Assembly (NCBI GenBank): GCA_045649645.1
Contig: JAZRQH010000166.1
Location: 1 to 53,017 of the forward strand
Reading direction: 5' to 3'
DNA length: 53,017 bases
Origin: Eubacteriales bacterium
GTDB lineage: Bacteria > Bacillota > Clostridia > Oscillospirales > CAG-272
Position numbers and translations under genes: made by a program
Shown: piece after piece, positions 38,074-44,260 of the stretch
Numbering within the stretch: the first letter of the stretch is position 1
How the letters are laid out: each line of letters opens with the position of its first letter
The notes under the pieces: model-generated
Told to the model about the DNA's origin: nothing
Databases searched by the model: none
The model's input: only the letters and a program-made list of their open reading frames with translations

Positions 38074-38905
38074 TCTCATTACCGGCTTCCTTGGAGCCGG
38101 TAAGACTACTTTTATAAGAAAATACGCTCGATATCTTGATTCGATAGGTGAGACCTACGTTGTTATAGAGAATGAATACGGCAGCAAGGGTATCGATTCT
38201 ATGATATTGCAAGCCGACGGTATAACAACCGATGAGCTGTTCGGCGGATGTATCTGCTGTACCTTGAAGGTCGGATTTCACGATATGCTAATGTCCTTTG
38301 CCGATAAGGTGGACCGCATAATAGTCGAGCCCTCGGGTGTGTATGATATATCACAGTTTTATACCGTTACGTCAAGCGATGAGCTTAAGACAAAATGCAG
38401 TATTGGTAACGTTGTTTGTGTAGTTGATCCTACCAAACTTAATTCTCTTGACGAGCTTTCCCGTGAAATGTTACGCCGACAGTGTGTATCTGCAGGAGCC
38501 GTCGTTTTCTCAATGGATGACGATGACAGATACCTGCCTATACTCAATGATATTATCGGCAAGTGTGTAAATGCTGTAAGATATAATGATCTTGATAAAA
38601 TATATAAATGCGGATATAACGATACCGAACTTGCGGCTGAGCTTACCCATTCTGCCCGATATCTGTCTACTGTAGTAAAGCCGTTACCTTGCAAGGATAT
38701 AGAAAAGAGACTTGAAAAGCTCTTTGATACCCCGGATATAGGTAAGATATTACGTATCAAGGGCATATGGAACGGATATCTTATTAACGCAATAGAAGGA
38801 CATATTGAAATATACAAATGCGACGGCGAGGAAGGTCTCAATGTAATTGGACTCGCAATAAGTCGCAAAAAGATCACAGAGGTACTTAACTATGGACTTA
38901 ACTGA
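38060..38905 (+). CDS. COG0523/CobW-family G3E P-loop GTPase (putative metallochaperone)
   Basis: Walker A GFLGAGKTTF, metal-binding CxCC motif GGCICCTLK, and IIVEPSGV. ATG 38060 overlaps the upstream gene by 14 nt. Confidence 0.85.
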   Translation: MANIDLITGFLGAGKTTFIRKYARYLDSIGETYVVIENEYGSKGIDSMILQADGITTDELFGGCICCTLKVGFHDMLMSFADKVDRIIVEPSGVYDISQFYTVTSSDELKTKCSIGNVVCVVDPTKLNSLDELSREMLRRQCVSAGAVVFSMDDDDRYLPILNDIIGKCVNAVRYNDLDKIYKCGYNDTELAAELTHSARYLSTVVKPLPCKDIEKRLEKLFDTPDIGKILRIKGIWNGYLINAIEGHIEIYKCDGEEGLNVIGLAISRKKITEVLNYGLN

Positions 38906-39428
38906 AAAGAAGATAAGCGGAGAGGAAATATTCGACGGCGTTGTTCTGCACGTACGAAAGGATATAATAGAGCTTCCTAACGGAAAAGAAGGCTTCAGAG
39001 AATACGTTAAGCATTACGGAGCGGTATGTGTAATACCTGTGACCGATGCAGGCGAGATCGTCCTTGAAAGACAGTACAGATATGCAATAGGCAGAGTGGT
39101 AACAGAAATTCCTGCCGGAAAACTTGAATTGGGTGAGGACCGTCTTGAAGCAGCCAAGCGAGAGCTTGCTGAGGAAACAGGATATATTGCAGGGAAAATG
39201 GAGTATATCGGTGAATATTACGGTTCGCCGGCTATACTTGACGAGCGTGTTACTATGTATCTTGCCACTGAGCTTACAAAAAAAGAAACCAATCTCGATG
39301 AAGACGAATTTGTTGAGGTATTCACGATGCCTCTTGAGGAAGCTGTAGAGAAGGTGATGGCTAACGAGTTTGCTGATGCCAAAACACAGCTTTGTATTCT
39401 CAAAGCGTATCATATACTAAAAAAATGA
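38892..39428 (+). CDS. NUDIX hydrolase, ADP-ribose pyrophosphatase-like
   Basis: Nudix box GKLELGEDRLEAAKRELAEETGY. Overall similar to NudF/YqkG. Overlaps the upstream gene by 14 nt. Confidence 0.88.
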   Translation: MDLTEKKISGEEIFDGVVLHVRKDIIELPNGKEGFREYVKHYGAVCVIPVTDAGEIVLERQYRYAIGRVVTEIPAGKLELGEDRLEAAKRELAEETGYIAGKMEYIGEYYGSPAILDERVTMYLATELTKKETNLDEDEFVEVFTMPLEEAVEKVMANEFADAKTQLCILKAYHILKK

Positions 39429-39451
39429 AGCGGAAATTCCGCTTCATTTTT
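39426..39451 (+). terminator. rho-independent terminator after the NUDIX gene
   Basis: GAAGCGG-AAATT-CCGCTTC followed by ATTTTTT. It overlaps the TGA stop. Confidence 0.75.
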
Positions 39452-39494
39452 TAATGCAACAGAGCGCATTTTTTGGGGGCAACTTGCCCTTTTT

Positions 39495-41516
39495 TTATTT
39501 TGCAAAATCCTTTGGATCCCCGGTAAACTTGAACAATACAGAATAAGCATTGGATGCGTAATCGTAGTATTCTGCATCCTCCTCATATTTGGGGCTATAT
39601 TCATCGTACAAATATACTCTGCAGTATATATCGTCGGCATCGACACTATCGCAAGGAACAAGACACTCTAAGATCTTATTCAATCTTTCAAAGTCAGTGT
39701 CGTCCTCCTCTACGTAATAGTAGTAATCATATATTTCTTCTGTGTTATAGAAGGTTATGTTTATCTCCTCAAGCTCCTTTGGATTCTTTAGCATTTCTGT
39801 TGCCTTCTCGATAGAATCCTTGTCATAAGTCAGCTTGACGTATTCGTTAACGGTCTCGTTGTAAGCAGGGTATACGGGTATATAGAAATCATATGTTTTT
39901 GCACCGTCGATTACCGTTACGAGAAAATCTGTTACTGCATTATATGCTGTGTTTTCGTATGCCAGCATATACCAATCCTCAAAGTTAAGCTCTGCTACCT
40001 CTTTTCTCATCAGCTCGTACATACGCTCTGCCTCTGAGTTGGGGATAGATCTTGCCATATCGTAGGTTTCTATCGATACGGAGCTTGCATCGGGAAGTGT
40101 GCAGAAGGTCTCTTTATACTCTTTACTGCTCTTGAGTGTATCAACGATCGTACTCAGGTCCTGTTCGCTCAATACCAGATATCTTTGATGCTCCACACCG
40201 TTAACGCATATCGTTATGTTCATTCTGGAGCTGTAGTTTTCATAAAATCTGTCGGTGTGGATCCTTTTGATATTTTCACTCAGCACGCCTGAGATCACCT
40301 TCTTGATGTTGTCCTCTTTAAGCTTTATCTTGGAGCATTTCATTTCAAGATACGAGGATATATCATAAACGTAATCTTCGCTTTGATCGACGGTTATATA
40401 ATCGATCTCGGATGCTGTGGGCTCAAAGGCAAGATAGGAGTTGTACATTGCATTCATACCAAGCACACATGCAACGTTTAGTATCGCTACGATCAAAAGC
40501 GCAGGAGCTGTTCTGAAGGCGGTCTTGAACTTCTTTGTGGTTATTATCTCATAGAGGAAATAAACGATAAGTGCGCCTACGTATATCATTACGATAGCAA
40601 AGAGGGAATTGCCGTCAAAATCTTCAATACCGCTTGTTGTAACAAATATTCCGCCGCAGGCAAAGATACATACCACCATACAGAAGGTGATTCTTATAGC
40701 CGCCTGAAGATATCTGTTGAGTGCAGGGTATCCCGCGGTCTCACTTTTACGGAATCTGAAGATTACAAGGGCCAAAGCTGCTACAACCAGCGAAAGAATG
40801 ATCGTATATATACCGTCGCCTATGTTTACGAATCTGTTTTGGAAACTATCCGACAGGAAATTGAATCCAACGGGTAAAGCATTACCAAAGCTTGAGAAAC
40901 GGGGTGCTATCGGAATATTTGATATTACCATTTCCTTGAACATAAAGGTCAGATAATCGGGTAATATCAGTATTAAGCCTGCAAGTGCTATGTTGGTCAC
41001 AAGTGTACCGGTCAGGGTCATTGCCAGCACCACAGCCGCCGCACTGTAAAGGGATGCGGCAAGAATGTTCAGTGTGTTGAGCCAGATATTGATAGTATTT
41101 AGAGTAAAATACTGAGGGAATATACTGTTGGTGATGATACCTATAAGGGTAGTGACCGAGCATATACCAACGATCCAGGTAGATATAGCGGCAAAGTAGC
41201 TTACGAAAAGACATACACGGGTATCAGCTATCGAGTGATAGAAGTCGGATGCCTTACGCTTGTTCAGAAAACTGAACAGGGAAAGCGCCAACAGAGGTGC
41301 GACAAGATATATCATACCGTAGAGTAGGGGATTTAATTCAATAAAATCAACACCTCTTGCTCCGCCTGTATAATCATAGGTGATCTTATCAATTGCATTT
41401 CCTACGGGTATTGCGATCGCCTGTATGGTGAGTATGACAAAAGCCATGATACCTATGAGCCTGGTCTGACGCAGACCTTCGAGATAGAGCTTTAATGAAA
41501 AGATTCGCTTCTTCAT
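39495..41516 (-). CDS. ABC-2-type permease with large C-terminal Tyr/Asp/Glu-rich soluble domain
   Basis: The first ~364 aa hold many hydrophobic helices. The last ~310 aa are soluble, ending EEIYDYYYYVEEDDTDF...DEYSPKYEEDAEYYDYASNAY. ATG 41516 with GAGGAGG RBS is preferred over the upstream ATG 41591. Confidence 0.72.
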   Translation of the reverse strand: MKKRIFSLKLYLEGLRQTRLIGIMAFVILTIQAIAIPVGNAIDKITYDYTGGARGVDFIELNPLLYGMIYLVAPLLALSLFSFLNKRKASDFYHSIADTRVCLFVSYFAAISTWIVGICSVTTLIGIITNSIFPQYFTLNTINIWLNTLNILAASLYSAAAVVLAMTLTGTLVTNIALAGLILILPDYLTFMFKEMVISNIPIAPRFSSFGNALPVGFNFLSDSFQNRFVNIGDGIYTIILSLVVAALALVIFRFRKSETAGYPALNRYLQAAIRITFCMVVCIFACGGIFVTTSGIEDFDGNSLFAIVMIYVGALIVYFLYEIITTKKFKTAFRTAPALLIVAILNVACVLGMNAMYNSYLAFEPTASEIDYITVDQSEDYVYDISSYLEMKCSKIKLKEDNIKKVISGVLSENIKRIHTDRFYENYSSRMNITICVNGVEHQRYLVLSEQDLSTIVDTLKSSKEYKETFCTLPDASSVSIETYDMARSIPNSEAERMYELMRKEVAELNFEDWYMLAYENTAYNAVTDFLVTVIDGAKTYDFYIPVYPAYNETVNEYVKLTYDKDSIEKATEMLKNPKELEEINITFYNTEEIYDYYYYVEEDDTDFERLNKILECLVPCDSVDADDIYCRVYLYDEYSPKYEEDAEYYDYASNAYSVLFKFTGDPKDFAK

Positions 41517-41520
41517 TTTA

Positions 41521-42426
41521 TTACACCTCCTCAAACAGACCTTCAAAGCTATAGCCCAAGGCTTCCATTTCGTAAGTGAAGATTTCCTCAAGAGAGAGGG
41601 GAAGAACCTCGAGTATAAGGGGCTGCAGCATTGAGAGCTTTGTAACCGTCTCGTTACGTTCGCCTTTTACTATCATATTGGTTACACTACCGGACTTGTG
41701 GAACGAAACTATATCTATACCGTTGAACTTTGACTTATCATATTCATCCGCAAAAGCTATCTGAATCTTAAACTGCTTTGTTTTGAGATTTTCTATATCG
41801 CTTTCAAGCACAAGTCCTCCTTTGTGTAAGAGAGCAAGCTGATCACAAGTGTCCTCAAGTTCACGCAGTGAGTGTGATGTGATGATCGCAGTAGCCTTAC
41901 GTTCAACAACGTCATTGCATATCAGCTTCTTTACGAGATTTCTCATAACCGGATCAAGTCCGTCAAAGGTCTCATCAAAGAAGATATATTTCGTTTTAGC
42001 CGCAAGAGCCAGTATTGTAGATGCCTGACGGCGCATGCCCTTGGAAAACGAGTTGAGATTCTTCTTCGGGTCAAGATTAAAGGTATTGGTCAGATACTTG
42101 AAAGTATCATAATCAAAATTGGGATATACGGCATTGTAGAGGGCTGCCATACGGTTCATATTTGAGTTTGCAAGATAATATACGTCATCGGGGACAAAAG
42201 CTATTTGGCTCTTTGCTGTAGGGTTTTCCCATACGCTTTCTCCGTCGATACTTACCTCGCCCGAGTCGGGACGGTATACACCTGATATCATACGCAGAAA
42301 TGTGGATTTACCTGCGCCGTTTGAACCGACCATACCGTATATACATCCGTCGGGAATGGTACAGCTCAGATTATCTATGGCTGTAAACGTATCAAATCTT
42401 TTAATCGCATTCTTTGATACTATCAT
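41521..42426 (-). CDS. ABC transporter ATP-binding protein
   Basis: Walker A GSNGAGKST, signature FSKGMRRQ, and Walker B IFFDETFDGLD. 301 aa. Confidence 0.9.
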   Translation of the reverse strand: MIVSKNAIKRFDTFTAIDNLSCTIPDGCIYGMVGSNGAGKSTFLRMISGVYRPDSGEVSIDGESVWENPTAKSQIAFVPDDVYYLANSNMNRMAALYNAVYPNFDYDTFKYLTNTFNLDPKKNLNSFSKGMRRQASTILALAAKTKYIFFDETFDGLDPVMRNLVKKLICNDVVERKATAIITSHSLRELEDTCDQLALLHKGGLVLESDIENLKTKQFKIQIAFADEYDKSKFNGIDIVSFHKSGSVTNMIVKGERNETVTKLSMLQPLILEVLPLSLEEIFTYEMEALGYSFEGLFEEV

Positions 42427-42438
42427 TCTGTTACCTCC

Positions 42439-42804
42439 TTATTTATTATAAACAGAATCGATTATGCCGACGATATCCTCTTTTTTGGTACCTGCCGTTG
42501 CAAGCTCCTTTATCAAAGAGGAAAGCTCATCAAGCTTTTTGCGTTTCTTTTGGTTTACGATTTCCTTTGCGTTTTCTGTTATAAAACAGCCCTTGCCGGG
42601 GACAGAGAATATTATTCCTCTCAGATCCAGCTCAGAATATGCCTTTTGGATCGTATTGGGGTTCACGGACAGGCTGACAGACAGATTGCGCACGGATGGT
42701 ATCTTATCGCCGGATCTGAGTAAGCCGTTAGATACGTAGTCCTCTGCCTGCTTGATGATCTGTTCGTAGACCGGTACTCTTGAAAAGACATCAATAGAAA
42801 ACAT
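42439..42804 (-). CDS. GntR-family transcriptional regulator, YtrA subfamily
   Basis: 121 aa. Winged-helix VPVYEQIIKQAEDYVSNGLLRSGDKIPSVRNLSVSLSVNPNTIQKAYSELD with a short C-terminal domain. ATG 42804 with AAGGAGG RBS is preferred over ATG 42909. Confidence 0.9.
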   Translation of the reverse strand: MFSIDVFSRVPVYEQIIKQAEDYVSNGLLRSGDKIPSVRNLSVSLSVNPNTIQKAYSELDLRGIIFSVPGKGCFITENAKEIVNQKKRKKLDELSSLIKELATAGTKKEDIVGIIDSVYNK

Positions 42805-42816
42805 TTTTACCTCCTT

Positions 42817-42843
42817 AAGTGTACTATGTATGATAGTACACTT
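42817..42843 (-). promoter_or_regulatory. YtrA-type operator: perfect inverted repeat AAGTGTACTAT-N5-ATAGTACACTT
   Basis: 11-bp perfect arms immediately downstream of the -10 box. It contains AGTGTA-N13-TACACT, the spacing I recall for the B. subtilis YtrA box. Confidence 0.6.
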
Positions 42844-42872
42844 ATTATAACAACAGGATTCGAGTTTGTCAA
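42844..42872 (-). promoter_or_regulatory. sigma-A promoter TTGACA-17-TATAAT for the gntR-ABC operon
   Basis: The reverse complement reads TTGACA AACTCGAATCCTGTTGT TATAAT, with both hexamers at consensus. Confidence 0.65.
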
Positions 42873-42881
42873 TAGTTAAAT

Positions 42882-42914
42882 AAAAAATGCAGCAAATTAA
42901 TTGCTGCATTTTTT
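42882..42914 (-). terminator. terminator of the GH/Sel1 operon (overlaps last Sel1 codons)
   Basis: AAAAAATGCAGCAA-ATTAA-TTGCTGCATTTTTT. Confidence 0.75.
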
Positions 42915-44258
42915 CATAAGCTCTATTACGTATTGGTATATAGACTGATATTTTTCGCGGTCGACATCGTCACGCTTGAGTATAAGCTCAAGTGCCTCAA
43001 TATCACCAGCATCAGCCGCAACAGTAAGCCAGGGAAGTGCTTTTTCGCCGCCGCGGTACATCTTTGCGATTGCGGTATAAGCAGATATATATCCGAGCTT
43101 ACCTGCCTCCTCGTAGCGTTCACGCTTGTTTTTAGCGGTTTTGGGGACAGCGTGGTATAATTCCTCGCCCTTGACAAGCTCAGTGTGTATAGCGGCTAAT
43201 TTAGCCTTATTTAAAGTCGCTTTACCGTACCAATATTCCGCAACGCTCCATGCTTTTGGGATATCCTTATCCATCGTATATCGGGTTATCAGAGCTAACT
43301 GAGAGGGAAGATGATCTCTCTTTGCCGCCTCCGTGTAGAGGTCAACAGCCTTTGTCTTGCTCTGAGGGACTCCGTCACCCTTGAAATAACAGTTGGCAAG
43401 AGCGTAGATTGCTTTTACGTCACCGCTGTCGGCTGCCTTTTCAAGCTCTATGATATCTGCTTCGGTCTTTTCGGTATATTCTTTAGGTAGCGCAGACATT
43501 GCCTTAACTGCGGGAGTGAATCCCTTTGCGGCTGCTGATTTAATATATGATACAGCTTTTGCGATATCCTTATTTATACCGGATATACCATTCATATATA
43601 CCATGGCAAGCTGATACTGGCAAACCGCGTTTCCGAGGGTAGCACCCATGTTCCAATATTCCATTGCTTTTGCAAAGCTCTTATCACAGCCGTAACCGTA
43701 AGCGTACATTACGGCTAACTTGGAGTATGCATCACCATTTGCAGCATTTTCAAAGCATTCGATTGCTTTTTTATATGATTTAGGAGTGCCTATACCATTA
43801 TAATGCAATTCTCCCATAAGCAGATAAGCACCGCTGTTTTTCTTTGTGATGAGATATTTCAGAAGCTTGATAGCTTCTTCGTACTCTTGTTTTGAAATAT
43901 GAGCATAAGCATCCTCAAGAAGCTGATCTTCGGTTTTTTCTTTGCCGTAAGAGAAACCGAATGCTATACCGAATGAGGTTGCTACGTTGATTGCAGCTTC
44001 CTTGGATACCCCTTCTGACATCAGTATCTCTATTGCGATCCTTGTAGCGTTCTCCTGACCCTCGTTATCGTCGTTTTTCGCCTGAGCTATTATCATAGCC
44101 GCACCTGTGGCAAGAGCGAGGTCGATTACGGGAGAAATATCTTCACAGCCTTTGGTGCTGGCTGTGAAGATATTCATGAACGCTTCTTTGTTGTCAATTA
44201 CGTTTTCGCCCTTGGCTCCGATTATAGACGTAAGGGCTGATGCTAAATAATGATTCAT
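42897..44258 (-). CDS. Sel1-like repeat (SLR/TPR-related) protein, cytoplasmic
   Basis: Multiple repeats of the Sel1 pattern (GELHYNGIGTPKSYKKAIECFENAA; AVMYAYGYGCDKSFAKAMEYWNMGA; LAMVYMNGISGINKDIAKAVSYIKSAA; LANCYFKGDGVPQSKTKAVDLYTEAA). There is an unrecognised ~110-aa N-terminal region and no signal peptide. Confidence 0.85.
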   Translation of the reverse strand: MNHYLASALTSIIGAKGENVIDNKEAFMNIFTASTKGCEDISPVIDLALATGAAMIIAQAKNDDNEGQENATRIAIEILMSEGVSKEAAINVATSFGIAFGFSYGKEKTEDQLLEDAYAHISKQEYEEAIKLLKYLITKKNSGAYLLMGELHYNGIGTPKSYKKAIECFENAANGDAYSKLAVMYAYGYGCDKSFAKAMEYWNMGATLGNAVCQYQLAMVYMNGISGINKDIAKAVSYIKSAAAKGFTPAVKAMSALPKEYTEKTEADIIELEKAADSGDVKAIYALANCYFKGDGVPQSKTKAVDLYTEAAKRDHLPSQLALITRYTMDKDIPKAWSVAEYWYGKATLNKAKLAAIHTELVKGEELYHAVPKTAKNKRERYEEAGKLGYISAYTAIAKMYRGGEKALPWLTVAADAGDIEALELILKRDDVDREKYQSIYQYVIELMKKCSN

Positions 44259-44260
44259 TA

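Noticed and set aside
39474-39494. GGGCAA-C-TTGCCC plus T-run as terminator for the convergent permease gene
   Set aside because: With a sterically possible loop, only about 4 bp of stem remain. Termination of the minus-strand operon may instead use the neighbouring NUDIX terminator region in reverse. Too weak to call.
42805-42909. N-terminal extensions offered by the ORF track. Examples are 42909 for gntR, 41591 for the permease, 37003 for mtaA-like, 37985 for the GTPase, 28815 for bmp, 26774 for holB, 27826 for ricT, 21718 for degV, 23522 for AKR, 24912 for SGNH, 15129 for the SBP and 6794 for ligA.
   Set aside because: In each case an internal ATG is preceded at 5-10 nt by a strong Shine-Dalgarno sequence and matches the conserved N-terminus of the family. 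The extensions run through promoters, terminators or upstream genes.
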